NCBI GenBank assembly: GCA_049570475.1
Contig: CP186953.1
Coordinates: 1,120,001 to 1,184,000 of the forward strand
Reading direction: 5' to 3'
Length of the DNA stretch: 64,000 nucleotides
Origin: Candidatus Methanosuratincola verstraetei
GTDB lineage: Archaea; Thermoproteota; Methanomethylicia; Methanomethylicales; Methanomethylicaceae
Shown here: one piece after another, positions 28,040 through 38,048 of the stretch
Layout: every line of letters starts with the position of its first letter
Numbering within the stretch: position 1 is the first letter of the stretch
Notes under the pieces: generated by a model
What the model was told of the DNA's origin: nothing
What the model saw: the letters and a program-made list of their open reading frames with translations, nothing else
The model's database searches: none
Translations under genes and position numbers: made by a program

Positions 28040-29926
28040 ATGCGTCTGCTGTTGATCCACGCCGACTATATCGAGTTCACCGCTCTCGAGCCCGCGATGC
28101 CGAACCCGGAGCGGATCGAGAGCCAGGGGAAAAAGGAAAGGGTCGAGGAGTGCCTCGTAGCATTCTCGACCGTTGAGAAGTCCGACGAGGAGTCGCCCGA
28201 TGAGATAGCGAAGAACGCGGCTGCAGCCATACTCGATCACGCCGCGTCGGTCAAGGCTGGCAGGGTAGTGATCTACCCGTACGCCCACCTCTCGTCGTCC
28301 CTCTCCCGCCCAGACTCTGCGATGGAGATCCTGAAGAGGACCGAGGAGGCCCTCCGCGGGTCCGTCGAGGTCATAAGGGCGCCGTTCGGGTGGTACAAGT
28401 CCTTCGAGATAAAGTGCAAGGGTCACCCGCTCAGCGAGCTCTCCAGGACCATCACAGCCGGCGGGCTGGGAGCCGCAAAAGAAAGGGAGGTTGAAGGCGA
28501 AGAAACCGGGGCGGAGGCTGCCCAGAGGAGCGAGTTCCTGGTCCTTACACCAGAGGGGCAGGAGTTCAGGATCGACCTGGCTTCCCCGGAGACCTTCCTT
28601 AATCTGAATGTCGAGCCCCCCCTCATCCAGCTCATAAAGAACGAGGCAGGGATCAAGGAGGACAGGGGCGCGCCTGCGCACGTCAAGCTGATGAAGAAGC
28701 TCGAGCTCGTCGACTACGAGCCCGCATCCGACATCGGGCACTTCAGGTTCTACCCGAAGGGGACGCTGATAAAGGACAGCCTCGAGGAGCTCGCCTACGA
28801 CATCGCGGTCAGGGACCTCCGCGCATTCAAGATCGAGACCCCGTTCCTTTACCGCCTCGACGAGCCGGACATCGCAGACCAGGCTGAGAAGTTCAGGGAG
28901 AAGGACTACCGCCTCACCGTTGACAAGAAGGAGTTCTGCCTGCGGTTCGCCGGCGACTTTGGGCTCTTCCGCATGATGAAGGGTGTCACGATGAGCTACC
29001 GGCAGCTCCCGATCAGGGTCTACGAGCTTTCGCCTTCATTCAGGCTCGAGCAGAGCGGAGAGTGCGTCGGGCTGAAGCGCCTCAGGAACTTCACGATGCC
29101 CGACCTCCACTGCTTCTGCGCCGACCTGGAGCAGGGAAGGAATGAGTACACCGAGCTCTTCAGGAAGTACACCCGCCTCACCCAGTCGATGGAGATCGAG
29201 TACGCCGTCGCTTTCAGGGTCGTGAAGTACTTCTACGAGGAGCACAGGGACTGGTTCGTCTCGCTCCTCAAGATCGTGGGGAAGCCCGCGCTGATCGAGG
29301 TCCTCCCGGAGATGAAGCACTACTGGGTCCTCAAGCACGAGTACCAGGCGATCGACTCCGTCGGGGGCAACACCCAGCTCGTCACGGTCCAGCTCGACGT
29401 AGAGGACGCCGCAAGGTACGGGATAGAGTACACCGACGAGAGCGGGAAGAGGAGGGGTTGCATCATCCTGCACAGCTCCCTTGGATCGATCGAGAGGTGG
29501 ATGGGCGCGATCCTGGAGCAGGCTGCGAAGGACCAGGCCAAGGGCAAGCCGCCGATGCTGCCCGTCTGGCTCAGCCCGATCCAAGTCAGGGTCATACCCG
29601 TGAGCAGCGCCTACGTCGGGTTCGCGAAGGGGCTCGCCGAGCGCATCGCAGCTGAGGGGTTCAGGGCAGACGTAGACGACAGGGAGGAGTCCGTCTCGAA
29701 GAAGATCAGGGAGGCTGAGATGGAATGGATCCCGTTTGTCCTCGTCGTCGGGGAAAAGGAGGCGTCCTCGCAGCCGCAGTCGCTCTCGGTCCGGGTACGC
29801 GGCGAGGGCGTGAAGGGCACCGATTTTCCAGGTCTCATAGCGATGCTGCGCGAGCGCGTTGGCGACCGCCCATGCCTCCCGTCTTACCTCCCGATGATGC
29901 TCTCAATGAAGCCGAGGTTTTCCTGA
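28040..29926 (+). CDS. thrS: Threonyl-tRNA synthetase, archaeal type with N-terminal editing domain
   Basis: MRLLLIH, YPYAHLSS, PFGWYK, GHPLSELSR, LRFAGDFG, SFRLEQSGE, GSIER. Confidence 0.96.
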   Translation: MRLLLIHADYIEFTALEPAMPNPERIESQGKKERVEECLVAFSTVEKSDEESPDEIAKNAAAAILDHAASVKAGRVVIYPYAHLSSSLSRPDSAMEILKRTEEALRGSVEVIRAPFGWYKSFEIKCKGHPLSELSRTITAGGLGAAKEREVEGEETGAEAAQRSEFLVLTPEGQEFRIDLASPETFLNLNVEPPLIQLIKNEAGIKEDRGAPAHVKLMKKLELVDYEPASDIGHFRFYPKGTLIKDSLEELAYDIAVRDLRAFKIETPFLYRLDEPDIADQAEKFREKDYRLTVDKKEFCLRFAGDFGLFRMMKGVTMSYRQLPIRVYELSPSFRLEQSGECVGLKRLRNFTMPDLHCFCADLEQGRNEYTELFRKYTRLTQSMEIEYAVAFRVVKYFYEEHRDWFVSLLKIVGKPALIEVLPEMKHYWVLKHEYQAIDSVGGNTQLVTVQLDVEDAARYGIEYTDESGKRRGCIILHSSLGSIERWMGAILEQAAKDQAKGKPPMLPVWLSPIQVRVIPVSSAYVGFAKGLAERIAAEGFRADVDDREESVSKKIREAEMEWIPFVLVVGEKEASSQPQSLSVRVRGEGVKGTDFPGLIAMLRERVGDRPCLPSYLPMMLSMKPRFS

Positions 29927-29984
29927 TGATCGATGGGTATTTAATATCCGTCCGTTCACAGGATTTCAGATCAGGTGTTGGCAT

Positions 29985-30293
29985 ATGAAAGTCGAATCGA
30001 TAATACTTGTCACAGCCGACTGGGAGAAGGCAGGCCAGTACGCGATGAAGGTCTGCGACGCAGTCTCTAAAGCTCAGAACGTGCCGCTCGAGGTCAAGAA
30101 GGAGGATTACGACTTCCTAATCGCGCACGGGGTGAAGGACGAGTTCGGGGGGATCGACATCCCCCAGATCTTCCTCAAGCTTGAGGACGGGACGGTCAAG
30201 TACATCATGTCCCGCATCCCGGACAAGAGCGATGGGATGCCCGACATTGAGAAGGGGATCCAGCTGCTGACCGAAGCGATAAAGGCGCAGTGA
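29985..30293 (+). CDS. Conserved thioredoxin-like fold protein without CxxC
   Basis: 102 aa, DEFGGIDIPQIF cis-Pro-like motif, AGGTG SD. Confidence 0.55.
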   Translation: MKVESIILVTADWEKAGQYAMKVCDAVSKAQNVPLEVKKEDYDFLIAHGVKDEFGGIDIPQIFLKLEDGTVKYIMSRIPDKSDGMPDIEKGIQLLTEAIKAQ

Positions 30294-30297
30294 GGGC

Positions 30298-30744
30298 ATG
30301 CACTTGTCCAAGACCCTTGTACTTAGGTCGAGGGAAGGATCGCTCGTCTCGAAGACCACCGTCGACTCGGAGATAACGCAGGCGGTCAGGAAGATCGTCG
30401 CCGACGCGGTCTCGCTATGGGCGATCGAGACCTCGGACTTCATCGTGATCAGGGACTTGTACCCGGTCTCGGTGAAGCTCCCCATCTCGAAGGAGCAGTA
30501 CGACCTCTACTCCAAGTACGACATGTCCAGGACCACGAACGGCAGCGTGATGTTCAATGTGCCAGTCTACGTAATCTCCTTTGACAACGAGTGGCAGGAG
30601 GATGACTACGTGGACAGGGAGGTCATCGTGGTCGCCCCTGTCGTCGACGAGAAGGTAGAGGAGATAATCACAGAGCTCGCGATCGAGGCGACCAAGCCAA
30701 AGGAGGCGGAGGACGCAGAAGAGGAGCCGGAAGAGGACCTCTGA
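30298..30744 (+). CDS. DUF2286-like protein
   Basis: W..ETSDFIVIRD and PVYVISFDNEW motifs as recalled from crenarchaeal DUF2286. Confidence 0.65.
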   Translation: MHLSKTLVLRSREGSLVSKTTVDSEITQAVRKIVADAVSLWAIETSDFIVIRDLYPVSVKLPISKEQYDLYSKYDMSRTTNGSVMFNVPVYVISFDNEWQEDDYVDREVIVVAPVVDEKVEEIITELAIEATKPKEAEDAEEEPEEDL

Positions 30745-30984
30745 GTCCCCATCCGCCCCTCGGGCTCATATAGCCCGGCACATCATGCCAGTCAATGCAT
30801 TCGGCTTTCGCCTACTGCCTTCATCCATGGTCCGGACCCGAATTCGAAGTCATTGCCAATAGAAAGACCGCCGCAGGGGAAAGATAAATGTATCTGGTCC
30901 TCGAAAGCCTTTTTCGATCAAAACTTAAAAATATACCGAAGTTGTAGAAGACTGTCTGTAGACTGATCAAAAGGTGCTTGATAC

Positions 30985-31974
30985 TTGGCTGCAGCTGCTG
31001 TCCCTGCTGATGTGTATTCCGTCATAACCAGCGACGAGCAAGTGACAAAGTTGTTCGAGTACCTGGTTAGTAAGAAGAAGACAGCTATCCCGCCCGCCTT
31101 CGAGATCGTGATGGGCTACCATTACCCGGACATAATGGAGGCGCTCAAGCTAACGTCTGTGGAATCGATCTCCTTCGCAAAGAAGCTTGTCCAGATGGGC
31201 CTTGCAGCCGAGGACTACAAGGAGCAGGTCGTGAGGTGCCCCTTCTGCAACTCGGAGTACACGACCGTCAGGTTCCACTGCCCTTTCTGCAACTCGACTA
31301 GGCTCTCGAAGGACTTGCTCATTGAGCACCTCAGCGACGGCATAATCGCGCCCTTCTCAAACTACAGGAAAGGCGGCGAGGCGATGGTCTGCCCGTCCTG
31401 CAAGCGGCCGGTCAAGGAGGGCGAATACAGGACCGTCGGGGTTTGGTACAGCTGCTTAAGCTGCGGGAAGCAGTTCGACACGCCGAAGAACACTTACCTA
31501 TGCCTGGGCTGCGGGAAGAGTTTCACGACCCAAGAGCTCGTGATCTCTTCGGTGAACGAGCTTAAGATAAAGCCAGAGATCCTGGACGAGTTCGCCAGGC
31601 GCCACATGCTCCTGACCCCTCTCATAAAAATCATGACCGATGCTTCATTGGACGCCAAGTCCCCTGGGACAATCGTCGGGTCATCCGGGTACAGCCACAT
31701 ATTCAGCATAGTATGCACAAACAAAAACGGGAAGAAGTATGCCTTCGACCTCCAGCTCTCGGAGAAGCCGGTTGACGAGACCGCTGTGCTGAGCATATTC
31801 GCCAAGGTCGTGGACACTAAGCCTGATGCCGCTTACTTGATCACGATACCTGGAATCGTCGAGAACGGGAAGAAGATCGCCTCTGTCTACAATATCAATA
31901 TAATCGAGGGGAAGACGATCCAGGAAGTCATCCCTGCAATAAAGGAGGTCGTCTCGAATATAACAAAGAGCTGA
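30985..31974 (+). CDS. TackOD1-like multi-zinc-ribbon protein with C-terminal restriction-endonuclease-like fold
   Basis: Five CxxC pairs, IEH motif, then GSSGYSH.F..V, FAKVVD, ASVYNINIIEG. Confidence 0.65.
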   Translation: MAAAAVPADVYSVITSDEQVTKLFEYLVSKKKTAIPPAFEIVMGYHYPDIMEALKLTSVESISFAKKLVQMGLAAEDYKEQVVRCPFCNSEYTTVRFHCPFCNSTRLSKDLLIEHLSDGIIAPFSNYRKGGEAMVCPSCKRPVKEGEYRTVGVWYSCLSCGKQFDTPKNTYLCLGCGKSFTTQELVISSVNELKIKPEILDEFARRHMLLTPLIKIMTDASLDAKSPGTIVGSSGYSHIFSIVCTNKNGKKYAFDLQLSEKPVDETAVLSIFAKVVDTKPDAAYLITIPGIVENGKKIASVYNINIIEGKTIQEVIPAIKEVVSNITKS

Positions 31975-32025
31975 TCCTTGACAAGCCTCCCATCTTTTAG
32001 CTAGGTATAAGAAAAAAGTTCGAGA

Positions 32026-32856
32026 TCAGCCCACGATTATCGAGACGAAGACCAAGATCGTTGCAAGGACCATTATTATCGAGTGCTTCAGTCCGGATGC
32101 CAAGTACCCCTCGCCGAGCTTGCCCGCGATGATCCCGCCAAAGACCCCTTGGATCATCGCCATGTAGTAGAAGATCCTCCTGTAGGTCTCAAAATCAGCC
32201 TGCGGCGAGAATATGGTCTGACCGAACCCGACCATGGGCCAGAAGAACTGGTTTAGTAGGATTATAACAGTCGCGACGAATACGCCGAACGCGATGTAGA
32301 CTATGTATATGTAGACCTTCATCGTCGACTTCCTCTCGAGGTTGATCTCCTCGATCTGCCTCATGTATGCCGCAAGGCTCCTGATGATCCTGGCGATGTC
32401 GCCTCCAGCCCTCGTGGTCTCAACCATTATCCCGCTGGCCCTCCTCACCATCCTAGACCCGACCCTCTCGGCGAACCTCATGAAGCCCTCCTCTATCGTC
32501 CCGCCTAGCTTCACGTGGGCAAGTATCCTCTTCAGCTCGTCTGTCACAGCGCCATAATTCTTCATCGCTGAGGCCTCTATCGCCCTCAGGAATGTGAGCC
32601 CTGTCATCTGACCCTCGGCGATGTCCTCGAGGAGCTCCGGGATCCTCTTGTCGATGGAACGCTTCCACCTGTTCTCTAGGAAGTTGAGCACGGAGTATGG
32701 CAAGAGCCCTGCGATGATGGCTGCCCCTATCAAGTAGTCCCCAAGCCTCGGGTTTACGAAGAGGAGCGTCCAGGCGCCGTAGATCCCTATCCCGAACCCA
32801 AGACCGAGCGAAAGTGCGTATACCAGCTGTTTCTTCCTTTTTGTGGTGTATGGCAT
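32026..32856 (-). CDS. Type IV pilus platform protein (TadB/C, T2SS F family)
   Basis: IPELLEDIAE..TG, YGAVTDEL, GIIAGKLGEG; multi-TM. Confidence 0.88.
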   Translation of the reverse strand: MPYTTKRKKQLVYALSLGLGFGIGIYGAWTLLFVNPRLGDYLIGAAIIAGLLPYSVLNFLENRWKRSIDKRIPELLEDIAEGQMTGLTFLRAIEASAMKNYGAVTDELKRILAHVKLGGTIEEGFMRFAERVGSRMVRRASGIMVETTRAGGDIARIIRSLAAYMRQIEEINLERKSTMKVYIYIVYIAFGVFVATVIILLNQFFWPMVGFGQTIFSPQADFETYRRIFYYMAMIQGVFGGIIAGKLGEGYLASGLKHSIIMVLATILVFVSIIVG

Positions 32857-32863
32857 TCCCGAA

Positions 32864-34030
32864 TCACTCCTCCTTCGGCACTGACGTGTCGATTATCAGC
32901 AGCATCAGCGCGGAGGTCGCCGGTATCAGGACGAACGTGGTGACGTACATCCACATCAGCGAGTCTATGCCGCTGCTGCCTATGAATGACATGGTGGCGA
33001 GCATGATTATGATGATTATTGGGAGGACGACGCCCATCGAGATGTAGATCTCAGCTAGGATCCCAAGTCCGTCGAGCTGCCTCTTCAGGTCGATCCTCCT
33101 CTGCCTCATGAAAGTCTTGCCTTGGAGGTGGAGGTACCTCCTCAGGTTCCCACCCATGCTGCCCACTGCAAGCATCCCCTTGAGCAGGTCGGCGAACTTC
33201 CTCGAAGGGGTTTCCATGATCCGGCTATTCAGGGCTGTGTAAAAGTCCTCCCCGAATATGTCCATCCTCTTTATTATCTCCCCTATCTCGTCTTTTATGA
33301 CCTGGTCCACGTCCGAGTTCATCAGGCTCTTGAAGATCCTCTCGGGGGTGACGTCCGCGCCCGCGAGGATTGCCATGTACTGCGTCGCGAAGTTGAGCGA
33401 GGCGTCTATCTTTGACCTCCTGCTCCCAGCAGCCAGGGATGGGTATATGTACATGACCATGAATCCGACTGCCCCTGCGATAGCCGCGAGGCTGAGCCCC
33501 ATCCCCAACGCTATAAAGGGCATCGCCCACCTGATGAGGATAGGGGTCGTGACCGCGAAAGTCGCTGCAAAGATTATTGCAGTGACCAGGATCATCTTCG
33601 CGATGTACTTCTCGGCGGTGGACCTTATCAGCGCGCGCCTCAGGTTGCAGTCGAGATCCTTCATCTGGGGGTGGATCTTCTCGGCAGCCCCCCCGAAGAT
33701 CTTGTAGGCGAATGCGCCAATGTCGGGGAACTCGAACTTGGACTTCTTCTCTTTTTTCTTCCCCTCTTCTTTGCCCATTATCCCCTTCTCTATCTCCTCG
33801 ACCTTCACCTTTTCCTTAAGCTTGATGTGGCTGGAGAGCCTCGGGTAAGTGTAAGTGATCCCGAAGACTGCCACAGCCGCCAGGAGCGAGACCCCGAGGG
33901 AGGCACCGAACGCGTTTATCGCGCCAATTGCCCTGAATATCAGTAGGAAAGAGACTGTGAAGGCAACGAGTATCGCTATGAGGCACAACAGCAGCACGTC
34001 TGGAAGCGATGCCCCCTTAGTCTGGCTCAT
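32864..34030 (-). CDS. Type IV pilus platform protein (TadC, T2SS F family)
   Basis: ID.SL.FA..YMAILA, ETPSRKF..LL.G; multi-TM. Confidence 0.88.
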   Translation of the reverse strand: MSQTKGASLPDVLLLCLIAILVAFTVSFLLIFRAIGAINAFGASLGVSLLAAVAVFGITYTYPRLSSHIKLKEKVKVEEIEKGIMGKEEGKKKEKKSKFEFPDIGAFAYKIFGGAAEKIHPQMKDLDCNLRRALIRSTAEKYIAKMILVTAIIFAATFAVTTPILIRWAMPFIALGMGLSLAAIAGAVGFMVMYIYPSLAAGSRRSKIDASLNFATQYMAILAGADVTPERIFKSLMNSDVDQVIKDEIGEIIKRMDIFGEDFYTALNSRIMETPSRKFADLLKGMLAVGSMGGNLRRYLHLQGKTFMRQRRIDLKRQLDGLGILAEIYISMGVVLPIIIIIMLATMSFIGSSGIDSLMWMYVTTFVLIPATSALMLLIIDTSVPKEE

Positions 34031-35514
34031 AGACTCTCCACCATTGCCTTCCGGTAGATCCTCTCCGGATCGGCATAGAACTCGCGCATCATCGCGCCAA
34101 TCTCCTTATACCTGCGCATGCCCTTGCTCTCGAGCCACTTGAATATGACCTTCCTCTTCTTGATGTCCGCCATGGCCTCCTCTACGGTGATCCCTTTCTT
34201 TTCTGCGATCTTCTTCAGTAGGAGGCTCTCGGTCTTTATGATGAACGAGTCGTCCTGCGGGTTCCACTTCGCGAGCTGGTTCATCACCAGCTTGTTTGAG
34301 TCAGGGTCGTATCCGCCGACCTCAGTGACGTCCACAGTCCTTCTCACGGGCTTGTCCCCGATCCTTGTCCTGTTCTGCATGATGATCAGGTCTATGAGCC
34401 CGATGAGCGGCCTCGGGACGTTCATTGGCTCGGCCTCGAGCCTCTTGAAGACGCTCGCCGGGGAGTCTGCGTGGATGGTCGCCTGGACGCCGTGCCCGGT
34501 CGCGAGCGCCTGGAAGAGCGTGTACGCCTCCCTGCCCCTGACCTCGCCGACGATTATGTAGTCGGGCCTCTGCCTGAGCGAGTTCTTGAGCAGGTCGAAG
34601 AGGCTCACGTCCGCCTCCTTCTTGCCGAACCCTGTCCTCGTGGTCATCGGGATCCAGTTGATGTGGGGGAGGTTGAGCTCCGGGGTCTCCTCGATGGTCA
34701 CTATCTTCATGTCGGGCTTGATGAACATCGAGATGCAGTTCAGGAGCGTCGTCTTCCCGGACGCTACCCCGCCCGCGACAAGGACCGAGCTCTTGTTCTC
34801 GACCGCGAACCAGAGGAAGGCAGCCAGGTCGGGGGAGACTGTCTTGAGCGCTATGAGGTCGACTATGGTGAGGGGGTCTGCCCTGAACCGCCTTATAGTG
34901 AAGGTCGCCCCCTTCTTCGAGATCTCGGTGCCGTAGGTGGCATTCACCCTGCTCCCGTCGGGGAGCGATCCGTCGAGTATTGGGTTTCCTATCGAGATGT
35001 GCCTGCCGCACTTGTAGGCAAGCCTCACGACGGCCCTGTTCAGAGTCTCCGGGTCGTCATACATTACGTTGGTGGGGATTGACTCCCACTCCCTGTGCCA
35101 GACGTACAGCGGGATCCCGACGCCGTCGCAGGAGATGTCCTCTATGAAGTGGTCCCGCATCATCGGGTCTATCCTCTCGAACCCGAGGAGATCCCTCGTC
35201 AGGTAGTAGAAGATCTTGTTGAGCGTCTCTTCCGTGACCTTGATCTTGTACTCCTTGATGATCCTCCTAGTCTCTGCCTCGATTATCTTGGGGGCCTTCT
35301 CCTCGTTCAGTTCGGTCACATCGACCTCTAGCTCCTGTAGCATGATGTGCTTAATCTTCTCCAGGACCAACTTGTCCTCAGGGGTGAGTGTAGGCTCAAT
35401 GACCCTGTAAAGGATCTCCTTCGTTGCCGGATCTTCCACAATCGCTGCATAAACGAAAGGCTCCTTGACGGCATAAGTCGCCTTGAATGCAGTGCTTTCC
35501 AAAGCTGTGCCCAT
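34027..35514 (-). CDS. Type IV pilus assembly ATPase (TadA/VirB11/FlaI family)
   Basis: IEDISCDG, GGVASGKTT, TIEETPEL, LRQRPDYIIVGEVRG, TGHG..TIHA. Confidence 0.95.
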   Translation of the reverse strand: MGTALESTAFKATYAVKEPFVYAAIVEDPATKEILYRVIEPTLTPEDKLVLEKIKHIMLQELEVDVTELNEEKAPKIIEAETRRIIKEYKIKVTEETLNKIFYYLTRDLLGFERIDPMMRDHFIEDISCDGVGIPLYVWHREWESIPTNVMYDDPETLNRAVVRLAYKCGRHISIGNPILDGSLPDGSRVNATYGTEISKKGATFTIRRFRADPLTIVDLIALKTVSPDLAAFLWFAVENKSSVLVAGGVASGKTTLLNCISMFIKPDMKIVTIEETPELNLPHINWIPMTTRTGFGKKEADVSLFDLLKNSLRQRPDYIIVGEVRGREAYTLFQALATGHGVQATIHADSPASVFKRLEAEPMNVPRPLIGLIDLIIMQNRTRIGDKPVRRTVDVTEVGGYDPDSNKLVMNQLAKWNPQDDSFIIKTESLLLKKIAEKKGITVEEAMADIKKRKVIFKWLESKGMRRYKEIGAMMREFYADPERIYRKAMVESL

Positions 35515-35759
35515 TCAAAACCCACTCTATGTTCTAATGAATTCTATCCTTTATTATTCTTATTGCCCTCTTTTTCTTTATAAATACTTGCGAAAAATTG
35601 AATATCTGGTGGATCCCAAAGCAGGGGCCGCTGCAGACCGGCCGCCTATCCCCGGGGCCGTTCCAGTCGAAACTCTTGGATGGCGCGAACGCGGGGGACA
35701 AATTGGAAAGGCTAAATATCCTCCGGAAGGATACTTCTCCCAAAGGAGAAGGTCTATCA

Positions 35760-36479
35760 ATGATCTTCGAGATCAAGGCGGTCGTAGTCGGCGCGATGCT
35801 AGCCTTCGCCTCATACCAGGACCTGAAGACCAGGGAGATCGACGACTGGGTATGGATAGTGGGGGGAGCCGCCGGCGCTGCGCTGACGCTGCTCGAAGCA
35901 GCCACAGTGGATGGGTACCCATACGTGCTTGCCGCTTTCAGCGTGGCGATCACTGCGGCGCTGGCTTTCGGGGTCTACTACCTGGGGCTCTACGGCGGGG
36001 CGGATGCGAAGGCGTTGCTGGCGATCGCCGTGGCTTTCCCGTTCTCCCCTGTCTCGCAGCTCTCGCCCTTCTTCCCTCTGACCGTGCTCGGCAACTCCCT
36101 CCTCCTCTCGATCCTCCTTGTACCTGCCTGCCTCGTCATCAATTTGGCTTGGCGCCTCGCAGGGAAGGCGTTTTTCGACGGGATAAGCGCTTCGCGGGCA
36201 AGGAAGGCTGCAGCCATCCTGACGGGGTTCAGGGTCTCCCCCTCGGCTGCAAAGAAGGTCCACTTCAACCTGATGGAGGTGCCGGACGGATCTGGCGGGG
36301 CCACGCTTAAGCTCTTCTCGAGAGTGACCGACGAGGACGAAGTGAAGCATATCGATGAAGGGCGCCAGTACGTCTGGGTCACGCCCGCGATACCGATGAT
36401 CGTCTTCTTCCTAGCAGGCTACTTGATCGCCCTAGACGGATGGGACCTCATCTTCTGGATAGTCTCTGCCATTCTCTGA
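35760..36479 (+). CDS. Prepilin peptidase (A24, PibD/FlaK-like)
   Basis: ASYQDLKTREI, GGADAK, VWVTPAIPMI. Confidence 0.9.
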   Translation: MIFEIKAVVVGAMLAFASYQDLKTREIDDWVWIVGGAAGAALTLLEAATVDGYPYVLAAFSVAITAALAFGVYYLGLYGGADAKALLAIAVAFPFSPVSQLSPFFPLTVLGNSLLLSILLVPACLVINLAWRLAGKAFFDGISASRARKAAAILTGFRVSPSAAKKVHFNLMEVPDGSGGATLKLFSRVTDEDEVKHIDEGRQYVWVTPAIPMIVFFLAGYLIALDGWDLIFWIVSAIL

Positions 36480-36952
36480 TCAGGTTCGGTGGATCGCTCC
36501 CACCGGCTGCAATCGATCGGATCAAGACCAAGCGCCCGGAAAGCCCCCCTCACCATGTCCGCGGTCTCCTCGAAGCCAAGGCTGGACCTGATCAGGTGCC
36601 CCTTGCAACCCGCGCGGCAGTCAGTGGACCCGAACCCCTCGACAGGGCTCATCCCAGGCAATGAGGATAGCGCGGAGGCTAGCCTGCACTCGACCCTCTC
36701 CTCCGACCGCGCGGATATTGCGGCTACGGCTGAGCACCCCGCCAGCAGGGCGTCTATATGCCAGTGGTTCTTCCCGCCGATCCCGTAGAACTTCTTCTGG
36801 TGGCGATCGATCCTACCCTGGATGCCGTTGAGCGCGGACCCCGAGTAGACATATGGACCGGCGACGAGATCCGCTTCCCTGCTGCCGTAGCGCACCCTCC
36901 CCCCTCCAAAGAGGATCACGAGCGCGTACCCCCCTTTCAAACCCCTTCGCAT
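36419..36952 (-). CDS. DUF123 / GIY-YIG (Uri) nuclease family protein
   Basis: KGGYAL, YVYSGSA, RI.RH, HWHID, GFGSTDC..C.GHL. Confidence 0.8.
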   Translation of the reverse strand: MRRGLKGGYALVILFGGGRVRYGSREADLVAGPYVYSGSALNGIQGRIDRHQKKFYGIGGKNHWHIDALLAGCSAVAAISARSEERVECRLASALSSLPGMSPVEGFGSTDCRAGCKGHLIRSSLGFEETADMVRGAFRALGLDPIDCSRWERSTEPDQRMAETIQKMRSHPSRAIK

Positions 36953-37035
36953 AAACCCGTCCGTCCCCCTTGAGAATCGCTGCGACCGGCTATCCTTCAC
37001 TCGCGCAGCGATCAACCCAAAATCCGATCGATTAA

Positions 37036-37050
37036 ATTAAGTTTATATAT
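37036..37050 (+). promoter_or_regulatory. TATA box of major pilin gene
   Basis: TTTATATA at 37042-37049 in an AT-rich stretch, AGGTGA SD before ATG 37089. Confidence 0.55.
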
Positions 37051-37088
37051 CCGATATATATATTTTATATCATAATAGGTGAATAAAA

Positions 37089-37520
37089 ATGAGGAAATTC
37101 TCTCTGAAAGCAAGAAAAGGAGTCTCGCCTATAATTGCAACACTGCTTCTAATCATCATTGCCGTGGCAGCTGCTGTCGTGACCTACAGCTTCGTCATGG
37201 GCTTCATCGGTGGCGTCGGCACTGGGCAGAGTGGAACTGCACAATTCTCTATAGATACATATAGTTATAATCCCACTGCTCAAAACTTCACTATCTACAT
37301 CAGGAATATCGGTACAAAACAGGTTAGCTTGTCATCTTTGTATATTGATGGTGTATTAAAAAGCAATAATGATTATAGCATAAGTGGAACCTTTGCTGTT
37401 GGAAGCGTTACAACCTTGACAGTCGATGCGAGGGGCCTTAGTGCAGGGACCCATATAATCAAGCTAGTCTTTTCTGACGGTACACCTTTGGAATTCAACG
37501 TCCTGAAACCAAGTAGTTAA
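37089..37520 (+). CDS. Archaeal type IV pilin, probable major pilin
   Basis: Class III signal KARKG/VSPIIATLLLIIIAVAAA; own promoter, SD and T-rich terminator. Confidence 0.92.
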   Translation: MRKFSLKARKGVSPIIATLLLIIIAVAAAVVTYSFVMGFIGGVGTGQSGTAQFSIDTYSYNPTAQNFTIYIRNIGTKQVSLSSLYIDGVLKSNNDYSISGTFAVGSVTTLTVDARGLSAGTHIIKLVFSDGTPLEFNVLKPSS

Positions 37521-37522
37521 TT

Positions 37523-37548
37523 TAATTATTTTTTATTTTTTGATTTTT
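37523..37548 (+). terminator. Oligo-T terminator after major pilin
   Basis: Several T runs directly after the stop codon. Confidence 0.6.
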
Positions 37549-37607
37549 GCCTATTATCAGTTAATTTAAATACTATTTCCTGAATAATTATTTGCAGGTG
37601 CCCATAC

Positions 37608-38048
37608 TTGAGATCCATAAAGGGCGTTAGCGAGATCATCGCGGTAATCCTCATGATCCTGATAGTCACAACGATAGGCTTCGGGGTCTTCCTGTACTCA
37701 CTCGGCTACTTCTCGAACATAACCTCGGCTTACATGGAGTCCAGCAAGGTGGACTCTGATGCCGTCAGGGAAAACTTTGTGATCACAGACGTCCTGTTCA
37801 CAGTCTCTGCAGGAAATACCAACGTTCGCGTGGCCATATACAACTACGGGCAGACCAATTTGCGGATCGCAGCCCTCTACATAAACGGGACCGCCCTGGG
37901 CAGCCTTGTTGAGAGCAGCATCCCGCCGTACGGATCTGGCTTTGTCACCGGGGTGCTCGACAGGGAGATCTCTGCGGGCGAACCCCAGCTCGTGCGCGTC
38001 GTGTCAAAGCTGGGCAACTACTTCGAGAATTACTACTTCCTTGGGTGA
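37608..38048 (+). CDS. Type IV pilin (minor)
   Basis: MRSIKG/VSEIIAVILMILIV; YNYG, VVSKLGN. Confidence 0.88.
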   Translation: MRSIKGVSEIIAVILMILIVTTIGFGVFLYSLGYFSNITSAYMESSKVDSDAVRENFVITDVLFTVSAGNTNVRVAIYNYGQTNLRIAALYINGTALGSLVESSIPPYGSGFVTGVLDREISAGEPQLVRVVSKLGNYFENYYFLG

